The notes: generated by a model not told the origin, from the letters alone. Shown: positions 16,438 through 25,207, counted from the stretch's first letter. The stretch: 64,000 bases of DNA from Bacteroidales bacterium (GCA_017962445.1 JAGCVI010000021.1:3751-67750), one strand, 5' to 3'. A program made the numbers and translations.

Positions 16438-18021
16438 ATGAAAAATATGGAAAAACACAATCCTATTTTTAGTCTAAAGAATTTCCGTTCCTTTGGTGAA
16501 GAAGGTGCCGATTTTGAACTTGCACCAATTACCGTACTTACTGGATGTAATAGTGCCGGTAAAAGTTCTCTTGTGAAAGCATTGTTCCTTATGTCAATGC
16601 AAGGCAACAAACCAGGAGTGCTACCTATAAGCAACCTTCAAATATCATCTAAAGAATTAAATCTTGGAAGATTCGACAAAGTAATACACAAGAATGTAGA
16701 CGGAAAGATGATAAATCTATCATATAAAATGTGGTCGAATTATCTTCAAGAAACAGTAACGGTAAGCCGCTTCTTTGCCGAAAACAAGAACGATTTGCTT
16801 AACAATGGCGACCTTAAAATGTACACTATCGAGAAAGAAGACGGAACACTAATTTACCAGTATTGTCCAAAAGCTATTAACTATTCAGATCCATATATAG
16901 AAGAAAAGTATGAAGCAATCCAAAGCAATTTCACACGATTCTCCAAATCGTGCAGATACGTGGAATTAAAGCAAAAGCAAGCCATTTTAAGCCACAAAGA
17001 TTCGCTGAATAATGAAATGAAAGCCACCAAAGAAAGGATGGAAAAGGAACTGCTGGATTTTTCAAGTGAAATAGATATTATTAGGGTGGATGAGTATCCA
17101 GTCGAGTTGCTTAAAAAATTTGTAAATAGACATAATGAGGATGCAATAGTTGACTTGTATAAAGATTTATCCAAGGAGGAGAAAGAAAAGCTGGACTTCC
17201 AAGAATATTTTCAGCATGTTTGTAATGAAGTCATTGCACCATGGTTTATTAATGATATTGTATACGTGAATTCTTCTTCGGCTCAAATAGGCAGGGTTTA
17301 TGATATAAGTGACAGCAACAAGTTCTGCAAAGCTCTACACTCTTTAAATAACAAAACCGTAACATTCAAAGATAGTCTTCCTGTTGAAAGCTATTCAACA
17401 ACACACACGCCGCTCTCATTTGTCAATAAATGGATAAAGGCTTTCGGTATCGGTGATAGAATTGAGGTGGAAGGTACTATCGAAGGGTTAGGAGTCCTTA
17501 TCTATTTGATTAGGGGTAAAGAGAGAACATTACTTGCTGATGAAGGATATGGAATAACACAGTTAATATCGCTACTCATGCAAATTGATAATTCTATTCC
17601 TTTATATTTAGAAGGTAACCCTACTTTCAATCTAGAAAAATTTGAATATGATTACAGTAATTTAGATATGACATATCCGCATTATGTGATTTGTGTCGAG
17701 GAACCCGAGATACATTTACATCCTAAATACCAATCCTTGCTGGCAGACATGTTCTTGGAAGCTTACCAGAAATATAACATTCACTTCATTATCGAGACAC
17801 ATAGCGAGTATTTAATACGCAAACTCCAGGTAATGGTGGCCGATAAAGATAATACCATTACTTCCAATGAAGTTTCTCTTAATTATGTTGAGAAGGATGG
17901 GAATGGCGTGTCTACCAATCGCAAAATCGAGATATTGGAAGATGGCCGATTAAGTGAACCTTTTGGCCCTGGATTCTTTGATGAATCAAAATCCTTAGTC
18001 ATGCAAATGCTGAAATTCTAA
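16438..18021 (+). CDS. ABC/AAA_15-like P-loop ATPase with DUF3696-type C-terminus
   Basis: Walker A VLTGCNSAGKSS, signature-like LADEGYGITQ, Walker B VICVEEPEIHLHPKYQ, H-loop IIETHSEYLI, and C-terminal GPGFFDE. A long helical insert separates the two ATPase lobes. Confidence 0.8.
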   Translation: MKNMEKHNPIFSLKNFRSFGEEGADFELAPITVLTGCNSAGKSSLVKALFLMSMQGNKPGVLPISNLQISSKELNLGRFDKVIHKNVDGKMINLSYKMWSNYLQETVTVSRFFAENKNDLLNNGDLKMYTIEKEDGTLIYQYCPKAINYSDPYIEEKYEAIQSNFTRFSKSCRYVELKQKQAILSHKDSLNNEMKATKERMEKELLDFSSEIDIIRVDEYPVELLKKFVNRHNEDAIVDLYKDLSKEEKEKLDFQEYFQHVCNEVIAPWFINDIVYVNSSSAQIGRVYDISDSNKFCKALHSLNNKTVTFKDSLPVESYSTTHTPLSFVNKWIKAFGIGDRIEVEGTIEGLGVLIYLIRGKERTLLADEGYGITQLISLLMQIDNSIPLYLEGNPTFNLEKFEYDYSNLDMTYPHYVICVEEPEIHLHPKYQSLLADMFLEAYQKYNIHFIIETHSEYLIRKLQVMVADKDNTITSNEVSLNYVEKDGNGVSTNRKIEILEDGRLSEPFGPGFFDESKSLVMQMLKF

Positions 18022-18033
18022 AAACACATTATT

Positions 18034-19083
18034 ATGAAAAAACGGCTAATATACCTTCAATCTGGCTTTTGGAAAAAGATTAGGAAATGCGATAGTGTTG
18101 AAGACAAACGCATGTTTTGGGATTTATATGGAGCTTTGGAATGTTGTAATATTAAGGCTGACTTTACGTCAAGCGAATGGGCAGAAGATAAAGATGATTT
18201 ACTGTATTACTTGCTACAAAGCAGTTCTGATGGGAATGGGACGAAGATTGAATTTTGTGCCACTGAAAATATACAGGAAGCATTAGACTACACGAAAGAA
18301 CAGTCAATAGAGAATTTATGCGCTGCATTCCTTCTGGACGAAGAAACAAGGGTGTGTCTAGACCGAAGTAAAGAATTGGGAGTTTTGTGTTTAAACTCGG
18401 ATATGATAAAAGAGCATAAATTTGTTCGGGGTGATGCTGTTATGTATGAGAAAGGTGAGATGTTTGATAGATTTGACAAATGTAAAACAGCCCTTGCTTC
18501 TCCGTGCAATGCTATAATCTTAATTGATCCATATATACTGTTTAATAAATGGAGCGTTGAATTAAATTTAATTCCTTTGATGGATAAATGCTTACCGCCT
18601 GATCCCAAGAGGCAAGATGACCAGAAAATTGATTTTCATTTATCTATTCTTTCACAAACAAATCAATGTTTTATTGGCAAGTATAAAGATATACTTCGGT
18701 ATGAAAAGATTTATGACTATGTAAAAGAAGAAATCAGAAAGATTAGACCTAATATGAAATTAAAGTTTACTCTGTATCACACTAATACAACGGGTAATGG
18801 AGATGGGGATTTTCATAGCAGACATCTTGTAACAAATTGTATGCTTGTAAATTCCGAGGATGGTTTCGATTTTTTCGAAAATAAAAAGAATGAGTACACG
18901 GGGAAATGGGAAACGGTAAGTGGTAAACATGCTAGACTTGAGTTTCTATATCCTACACTACTTGATAATCGTCGTTTAGATGCTGATAATTATTATCGCT
19001 GGATAACACTGTCAGCAAACAATTGTGTCGATAATTCTTTGTGCTGGGGTGATAAAGAAAATCGATTGTTTGAATTAGTTTAA
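18034..19083 (+). CDS. hypothetical protein with MIT_C-like (PLD-fold) C-terminal region
   Basis: Starts 12 nt after the ATPase stop. LIDPYIL ... FHSRHLVTNCMLVNSEDGFDFF resembles, from memory, the MITD1 C-terminal domain motifs EDPYIR ... IHDREIRFNNGW..GRGLDYF. Not verified by profile search. Confidence 0.5.
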   Translation: MKKRLIYLQSGFWKKIRKCDSVEDKRMFWDLYGALECCNIKADFTSSEWAEDKDDLLYYLLQSSSDGNGTKIEFCATENIQEALDYTKEQSIENLCAAFLLDEETRVCLDRSKELGVLCLNSDMIKEHKFVRGDAVMYEKGEMFDRFDKCKTALASPCNAIILIDPYILFNKWSVELNLIPLMDKCLPPDPKRQDDQKIDFHLSILSQTNQCFIGKYKDILRYEKIYDYVKEEIRKIRPNMKLKFTLYHTNTTGNGDGDFHSRHLVTNCMLVNSEDGFDFFENKKNEYTGKWETVSGKHARLEFLYPTLLDNRRLDADNYYRWITLSANNCVDNSLCWGDKENRLFELV

Positions 19084-19087
19084 TAGC

Positions 19088-19981
19088 ATGGCGTACATTA
19101 CCAACGCAAATTTCCGAAGAATAACAAGAGAATTCGACGTTCCCAAAGACAAGAATTTCTCGTTTAACGATATCGTTATTTGGGAATCGCCCAATGGTAA
19201 AGTTGTTGACAAGAAAAATCCATATATCTTCAGTTGGTGGGAAGTCAATGAGTTGCTTACCTTTAAGGAATTCTGCAAGGATACAAAGATGGCTGTTGAG
19301 CACTTCTATAGAAAAATAGAGAAACCACTAGACAGCCTCAAGTACGTTGATCCAGAACGATGCCCTGCTTACCATTGTGATAGGAACTGCGAGGCTATGC
19401 ATTCATCTCTTCAACGAATAGAAATACCAGAAGAAATAAGAGAACAAGGAAAAGATAAAGTACAGGAATTCCGAAAATGGTGGAAAAGTAACGAGAGTAT
19501 TCGAGAAGAAAAGCCCGATGCTTTTGTGGCCAAACTTAATTTAGCGTTTGGTACAAAGCTTCATGGTTATGAGGTTGAGGACAAAAGCAACTCTGGGGTT
19601 CATGACATGACAGACAATCGTTCTATCAAAGAGATAAATCAAGAAATACGCACGAAGTTTAATGATTTGTTTAAATGGGCAAAAGATGAAGAAAGAAGGA
19701 AAAAGATTTTTGTGAAATTCAAATTCCTATCTTTTTTGGGGGATAGTGATTATCCAATACTAATCGACACTGGCAATTTCACTGAAAGTGAGATTAAAAC
19801 CGTTTTGAGAGATGTGCATTCAAGGAAAAAAGAAATTGTTGAAGAACTCAAAAAGTTATATCAGAGAAGGTACATCCCCGATTTAAACTTTCAGACCTCA
19901 TTGCTAGAGAACCTCGGTTTTGTTCCTTGCTACACCTGTATGGGTGGCATTGCTGAAGAGCATGTTTTTGATGAGGAATGA
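19088..19981 (+). CDS. hypothetical Cys-rich protein, third gene of the ATPase operon
   Basis: Starts 4 nt after the preceding stop. Contains CPAYHCDRNCEAMH and C-terminal CYTC clusters. No family recognised. Confidence 0.5.
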   Translation: MAYITNANFRRITREFDVPKDKNFSFNDIVIWESPNGKVVDKKNPYIFSWWEVNELLTFKEFCKDTKMAVEHFYRKIEKPLDSLKYVDPERCPAYHCDRNCEAMHSSLQRIEIPEEIREQGKDKVQEFRKWWKSNESIREEKPDAFVAKLNLAFGTKLHGYEVEDKSNSGVHDMTDNRSIKEINQEIRTKFNDLFKWAKDEERRKKIFVKFKFLSFLGDSDYPILIDTGNFTESEIKTVLRDVHSRKKEIVEELKKLYQRRYIPDLNFQTSLLENLGFVPCYTCMGGIAEEHVFDEE

Positions 19982-20245
19982 AAGAAACGCGTTTTTTTAC
20001 ATAAAATTATTTATAAACCGGAATCTTGTCACTGCATTAGACATCCTGTTTGCGTGACGGGGTATCGTCAGGATGTCTGTTGATAAAAAAATGCCGTTTG
20101 ACAATGAGACGTTTGACACTGGGCGGGTGCTCTGCAAATTGATAGTCAGGTAATTATAATGTTGTGTTATGTTGTTGATATACAAATAGATGCACGCGGT
20201 TTATAACTTCCGCCCTATGTTTAAAAAGTGAACGCTTTTCCGCTG

Positions 20246-20253
20246 TAACTTTG
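20246..20253 (+). promoter_or_regulatory. Bacteroidota-type -7 promoter box (TAnnTTTG) for the retron-like transcript
   Basis: TAACTTTG lies about 30-40 nt upstream of the a1-like arm of the ncRNA. Confidence 0.5.
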
Positions 20254-20283
20254 CAAACGAAATTGCACGCTAAAGAGTTCTTT

Positions 20284-20588
20284 GAAACAGTTGTCACCCA
20301 TTAGTCTGAATTAGAAACTTCCGGCTGTTTACCAGTCGGTCGCCGTCTGCTGCAATCGGCAGATTCCGGGCGGTGGACTTCCGGTCCATGCAGGCCCGCA
20401 TAGCAATGTCGCTTCACCGGCGGTCCGCGTCTACAACCGTGGCGCGGCGTCGTGCGGCCTTAGTGACGAGGGATAGCCAGGCAAGAGCCGAGTTGTCCCC
20501 CGGCATCATCCCGCGCTCCACAACTCGGCTCTTGCCTGGGTTCAGGGGACATATCTGAAGTAATGGGGGACAGGGTGGCAGCTGTTTT
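20284..20588 (+). ncRNA. retron msr-msd-like non-coding RNA
   Basis: GC-rich non-coding stretch immediately 5' of a retron-type RT. Has a perfect 20-bp stem (20477-20496 / 20520-20539, 23-nt loop). Flanking a1/a2-type pairing is either 20291-20303 with 20561-20573 or 20284-20299 with 20573-20588. CACCCATTAG at 20295-20304 mirrors the Ec86 CACCCTTAG branch-G context. Confidence 0.6.
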
Positions 20589-20642
20589 GGGAACCGGCGG
20601 ATGGATGCAGGGAGTCGGAATAGTTCAAATGTATAATTCAAA

Positions 20643-21785
20643 ATGAAGAAAGTGGCTGAAATAACTGACAGGAGAGCGGAAGTCAAGGCTGCGGAGACGC
20701 GAATCCATGACCTGTGGAGTTGCCTTCACACTAAGAGGGACCTCCTCAGGCTGGTGAACGTTGCGCTTGAAGGTCTGTATGGCATGGACGCGAGAACGGT
20801 CACGATGAGGCAGTTGAACCTATCCGCATACTCCTCGCTTAATGCGCACAGGTACCGCACTTTCCAAATTCCTAAGAAGAGGAAAGGCGAGTTCCGCACT
20901 ATCGACGCGCCTGACCCCACGCTGAAATACATACAGCAGGGGCTGAACTTTGTGCTGCAGACCGTCCACACTCCCCATCCCGCCGCAATGGGCTTTGTTC
21001 CTCACCGTTCAACGGTGACAGGTGCAAAAGTGCATCTGGGCCAGAGGTTTGTGTATAATATCGACCTAAAGGACTTCTTCCACACCGTCACGTCGGGGCG
21101 GCTATACAAGCGTCTGACTTTGGAGCCGTTCTGTCTGGACGGCGAGGTGGCAGGCCTAATCACTGACCTCTGCTGTTACATGGGTCCCGACGGAAGAAAC
21201 GTGCTGCCTATGGGCGCTCCCACGTCGCCTGCGGTGACAAACATAATCTGCGAGCGTATGGACGGAAAACTATCACGGCTGGCTAGGGTATACGGCTTGA
21301 AATACTCACGCTACGCCGACGACATCACCTTCAGCGGAATGGCGGATGTCTTCGCCGAGGACGGACGTTTCATCATGTCGATGCGCAACATCATCGTGAA
21401 TGAGGAAGGCTTCACCATCAATCCCGAAAAGACTAGGCTCTGCCACTGGGGTATGCGCCAGGAGGTCACTGGCATCACGGTGAACAGCAGGGAGAATGTC
21501 CCGCGGAAGTACGTAAAGCAGTTGCGGACAATGATTCACAACTGGGAGATGGACGGACACGACAAGGCTCAGGCTGTCTTCGAGAAGTACTATATGGAGC
21601 AGAACTACACGCACAATCCCGATGTGAAGCACCATATCGAGAACGTTGTCGCAGGGAAACTTCTGTACCTCAAAATGGTGAAGGGCGAGACTGACCCGAC
21701 ATACAGGGCCCTCGACCGCAGGTTCAGAGCCCTGACGGAAACAGGCGGGCGGGATACGCAAGGAACTGGAAAAAACAGATTATAA
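20643..21785 (+). CDS. retron-type reverse transcriptase
   Basis: RT motifs 1-7: FQIPKKRKGEFRTIDAP, NIDLKDFF, LPMGAPTSPAVTN, YSRYADDITFSG and INPEKT. Also has the retron-typical RQEVTGITVN (VTG) segment. Confidence 0.85.
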   Translation: MKKVAEITDRRAEVKAAETRIHDLWSCLHTKRDLLRLVNVALEGLYGMDARTVTMRQLNLSAYSSLNAHRYRTFQIPKKRKGEFRTIDAPDPTLKYIQQGLNFVLQTVHTPHPAAMGFVPHRSTVTGAKVHLGQRFVYNIDLKDFFHTVTSGRLYKRLTLEPFCLDGEVAGLITDLCCYMGPDGRNVLPMGAPTSPAVTNIICERMDGKLSRLARVYGLKYSRYADDITFSGMADVFAEDGRFIMSMRNIIVNEEGFTINPEKTRLCHWGMRQEVTGITVNSRENVPRKYVKQLRTMIHNWEMDGHDKAQAVFEKYYMEQNYTHNPDVKHHIENVVAGKLLYLKMVKGETDPTYRALDRRFRALTETGGRDTQGTGKNRL

Positions 21786-21806
21786 AGAATAATACAGTAT
21801 AACACA

Positions 21807-22712
21807 ATGAAACTGAATAAGCTTTTATACCATATCAGGGAGAAGGAGGACTGCATCCCTACAGGAATACCGAGCCTCGACGAACTGACTGGCGGCCTGC
21901 CTGTGGGCGGCATAACAGCCCTTGCTGCACGCCCATCGATGGGCAAGACTCCCTTTGCGATGACAGTGGTGCGAAACGCCGGAATCATTGGCAGGATTCC
22001 CACAGCGGTCCTTTCTTTTGAGGACGACAGTGAATATGTCGCCAAGCGCCTTCTTGCTACCCAGATAGGATGGGACGCGGTGAAATCGATGGAGCACGAT
22101 CCTGTCAGGCTCACAGCTGAGCAGAAGGAGAAAATCGGGAAACTGGAGCAGATAGGCTTCATATCGCAGAATATTGAAGACTCTAGTTTCCTCGAAAAGA
22201 TGAAGGAAGCCCCGGTGTGGATTGAACACGATGCCTATGTGACGATGGACGAGCTGGTGAGCAAGATTGAACGCCTGAAACGCGAGAACAACATCAGCTT
22301 GCTGGTCATTGACAACTTCGGGCATATCGCTATGGACGGCTATGCTTCCGACAAGGAACATAAGATGCAGAAACTGCTACAAACCGCAGAGCGGCTTAAG
22401 ATTGCCGTGCTTGTGACGGCAAGGGTGCTGCGGAGTGTAGAGACTCGCGGCGGAACAAAAAAGCCGATGCTTTCTGATATTGAGAATGAGGCATTTCTCG
22501 AAAACTACGCATCGCTGATAGTGTTCCTATACCGCCCGGAATACTACTGCATCTTTGAGGACGAATACGGTTCTACACTTAACAAGGCCTATGCCATCGT
22601 TGCCCGCAATAAGCGCGGCGACATTGGCGAGGTGAGCCTTGATTTTGTAAAAAAGGCTAGGTTCGCCGACTGGACCCCGATTAATAAAACATTTAATAAG
22701 ATAATAATATGA
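21807..22712 (+). CDS. DnaB C-terminal-domain-like (RecA-fold) P-loop ATPase lacking the DnaB N-terminal domain
   Basis: IPTGIPSLDELTGGL...AARPSMGKTPFAM (Walker A) and LLVIDNFGHI (Walker B) align by eye with E. coli DnaB GVPTGFTDLD...AARPSMGKTTFAM...LIMIDYLQL. Only about 20 aa precede the ATPase core. Starts 21 nt after the RT stop. Confidence 0.75.
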   Translation: MKLNKLLYHIREKEDCIPTGIPSLDELTGGLPVGGITALAARPSMGKTPFAMTVVRNAGIIGRIPTAVLSFEDDSEYVAKRLLATQIGWDAVKSMEHDPVRLTAEQKEKIGKLEQIGFISQNIEDSSFLEKMKEAPVWIEHDAYVTMDELVSKIERLKRENNISLLVIDNFGHIAMDGYASDKEHKMQKLLQTAERLKIAVLVTARVLRSVETRGGTKKPMLSDIENEAFLENYASLIVFLYRPEYYCIFEDEYGSTLNKAYAIVARNKRGDIGEVSLDFVKKARFADWTPINKTFNKIII

Positions 22713-23311
22713 TACCAGGTAATTCTGAATTATTAAAATGCCCGTTTTGCGGCGAAGAAAAGGAAGTGCTGACATTGCTTTCAGGGAACACTTGCAATGG
22801 CCAGCAATGGTCTGACATGAAAAGCATATATCCTATGTTGCCAAAGGTTTCTCCCATTCAGAAATGCCCTTCCTGCGGCAAATACTATTTCACTAAGGAT
22901 GCGGAGAAGCGACAGGGTAAGGCCTACAGCCTTGAGAAAGGCGACCTTACATACACGCAGCTGAAAGAAGCGGCAGTCCAGTTCGGTGACGAAATATCCA
23001 AAGAAGACCGATTTGTCCTTGACTTGCTTCTGCTGTGGGCGTACAACGACCTCTACAATAGGGAAGACGTGAATATAACGGATGCACCCGCCGAGGAGAA
23101 AGCGTATATTGATACTGTCCTTGACAGGCTGGTAGAAAGGGAGGATATTGACAATATTATGAAGGCTGAATTCTACAGGGAAATGGGCCTTTTCGTCTAT
23201 GTGCCTCTGCTAATCAGTCAGCTTAATATTGAAGACCCATTCCTCAGAGATGTCGCCAAGCGTATCCACGACTACGCTAAGTGCAAGAAAAGCATAGCAT
23301 TTAAAATATAA
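22709..23311 (+). CDS. hypothetical zinc-ribbon protein
   Basis: ATGA start/stop overlap with the ATPase gene. N-terminal CPFC...CPSC four-Cys ribbon followed by a helical region. No family recognised. Confidence 0.55.
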   Translation: MIPGNSELLKCPFCGEEKEVLTLLSGNTCNGQQWSDMKSIYPMLPKVSPIQKCPSCGKYYFTKDAEKRQGKAYSLEKGDLTYTQLKEAAVQFGDEISKEDRFVLDLLLLWAYNDLYNREDVNITDAPAEEKAYIDTVLDRLVEREDIDNIMKAEFYREMGLFVYVPLLISQLNIEDPFLRDVAKRIHDYAKCKKSIAFKI

Positions 23312-23557
23312 AGTGTAATTGTTAGAAGGTGATAGATTCTGACGCAATCTCATTGGTCGGATTCTTGTCGGACTTTTTTTAGAAAAGACATTGTATATAA
23401 GGCTTAATCATCTACCTCTATAACAGATGAGCCATTATAAAACATCGTGCGTAATAAATTTCATACAATGGCGAGTACACTTCATAGATCGCATATCTGA
23501 AACATGAAACAATACGCTATTTGTTTGTAATTTTGCAAAAAAGAATCAATTGGAAAT

Positions 23558-24265
23558 ATGAAAGTATATAGCATTTTATTGTTTATTGCCGTTGCCGCAT
23601 TCATCTCTAGTGGTGTACGTGCCAATACGCCGCAAGAAGTGTACTCGGCGACTGTTGATTCTGTAAATAGGACTCAGGAAAAACTCAGGATGGAATATGT
23701 CAGCCCTGACACCGTGATTGGAAGGTTCGTTTCGCTGCAAGAAGACACGATTCTGTTCAGACGCTATTCCAACAAGTCGCACAGGTATATCGACAGCCTG
23801 CCCAAGTGGGGAGATAATTTCGAGGTAGGAGACGACATCGACTGGTTTCGCGAAAATGATATCGTGATGAAAGTCGTGACCACCGACGGTAGAGTCATAC
23901 ACACGGAAAATGATGCCATGTTTGTACACTGTGCCATTCCTCTACCTGGCCTGGTGCAGGGATATGATGTCCTTGCCGTGATATGGAAACATCAGGATTT
24001 CAGTGGATTTAAATCGTGTCATATGGTTGGAATGAAAGACGGACAGTGGAAGGAACTCGGCAGCTTTGACGTGAACACCAACATGTTCCCTGAAACGCTG
24101 ACACCTGGAATTATTGACGGATTCCTTGAAAGGAAAAACGGCGTATGGATGTACAGGGATTATGGAGACCAGATGCGGTGGATGGAGAAACACGACGGCG
24201 ATTGCCCGATGAAGCCGTTGAAAAAAAAGCTTGGCAGACGTAATCTAAAGCGCTTCTTTAAATAG
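23558..24265 (+). CDS. hypothetical secreted protein
   Basis: 235 aa with a signal peptide. A TAATTTTG box lies about 25 nt upstream. Confidence 0.5.
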   Translation: MKVYSILLFIAVAAFISSGVRANTPQEVYSATVDSVNRTQEKLRMEYVSPDTVIGRFVSLQEDTILFRRYSNKSHRYIDSLPKWGDNFEVGDDIDWFRENDIVMKVVTTDGRVIHTENDAMFVHCAIPLPGLVQGYDVLAVIWKHQDFSGFKSCHMVGMKDGQWKELGSFDVNTNMFPETLTPGIIDGFLERKNGVWMYRDYGDQMRWMEKHDGDCPMKPLKKKLGRRNLKRFFK

Positions 24266-24444
24266 AACTGCAACTCTATGAAATATCTTGGAGTAGAGAA
24301 GTTGTCCTATGCCGTTTTTGATACCAATTTTTTTTAAGTGTGTAAATAGTAATTGAAAAGTAAACCATAAGGGTCGGCTTTTCACGTTGTCACAGCAGCA
24401 AGAAAATGCTCTAATCCGCAATAAAACCGCCTTTTCCGCGTTAT

Positions 24445-25185
24445 ATGTTCGCTATGAAAAGATTGACCTATAGATTCTCTTCTTTCCCGTGCCACTATGG
24501 CATGCTGATTCTGCTGCTGTGTATTCTATGTACTCTATCTTGCCGTCAGCCTGCTGCGGAGGAAACGCAGCCTGATGCCACTGCCGATGCCGCTGTTGAA
24601 CCGCAACTGCAGTCTGCCGACCTCATCTTTGTAGGTATTCCTGCTGACTACCGCATCTTCGACACCTCTTCTTTCGGCAATGTCGACGCTCCCCTCAACT
24701 ACATCCACGTCGCCATCCTCGAGGTCGACGGCGACTCGCTGTGGGTTATCGATGCAACCGCCAAGCGCGGCGTCCATCGTCATCCTCTCGATACTCTCCT
24801 TGCCGATTTCACTCTTCGCGACGGCTCGTTGCCGAGCCTCGTTGTCATGCGCCTCGTCAATGCTGACGACCCCGCACGTTTCATCGCTGCCGCCAAGCAG
24901 TACATCGGCCAGCCATACGATTTCGACTTCTCTCTGACAAACCAGGCTCAGTACTGCAGCGAACTGGTCTACAATTCATTCCTGTCGCCCGGCAACCAGC
25001 ATCTGCTGCCGCTATGCCCAATGGACTTCAACGGCTCCGATGGCAAAATCATGCCTTATTGGCAGGACCTGTTCGATTGGCTGAAAGCCCCTGTCCCGCA
25101 AGGGGTCATAGGCACCGTACCCAACGACATGTGTTCCAATCCCGACCTACGTTATGTAACCACTTTGGGCTCATCCAAATTATAA
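24445..25185 (+). CDS. YiiX-like permuted papain/NlpC-P60 superfamily protein
   Basis: Has a signal peptide. ADLIFVG...HVAIL...GQPYDFDF...QYCSELVYNSF pattern is typical of the permuted Cys/His family. Confidence 0.55.
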   Translation: MFAMKRLTYRFSSFPCHYGMLILLLCILCTLSCRQPAAEETQPDATADAAVEPQLQSADLIFVGIPADYRIFDTSSFGNVDAPLNYIHVAILEVDGDSLWVIDATAKRGVHRHPLDTLLADFTLRDGSLPSLVVMRLVNADDPARFIAAAKQYIGQPYDFDFSLTNQAQYCSELVYNSFLSPGNQHLLPLCPMDFNGSDGKIMPYWQDLFDWLKAPVPQGVIGTVPNDMCSNPDLRYVTTLGSSKL

Positions 25186-25207
25186 CATACCTCAAAACTT
25201 ACAAAAG

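Noticed and set aside
20373-20686. 61-aa (+) and 90-aa (-) ORFs in the region upstream of the RT
   Set aside because: The region is better explained as structured retron ncRNA (20-bp perfect stem, a1/a2 pairing). The peptides are Arg/Ala/Pro-rich with no start context.
21605-22162. 185-aa minus-strand ORF spanning the RT/ATPase junction (also 21306-21761 -, 21825-22361 -)
   Set aside because: They are antisense to two motif-supported genes and have no promoter or motif support.
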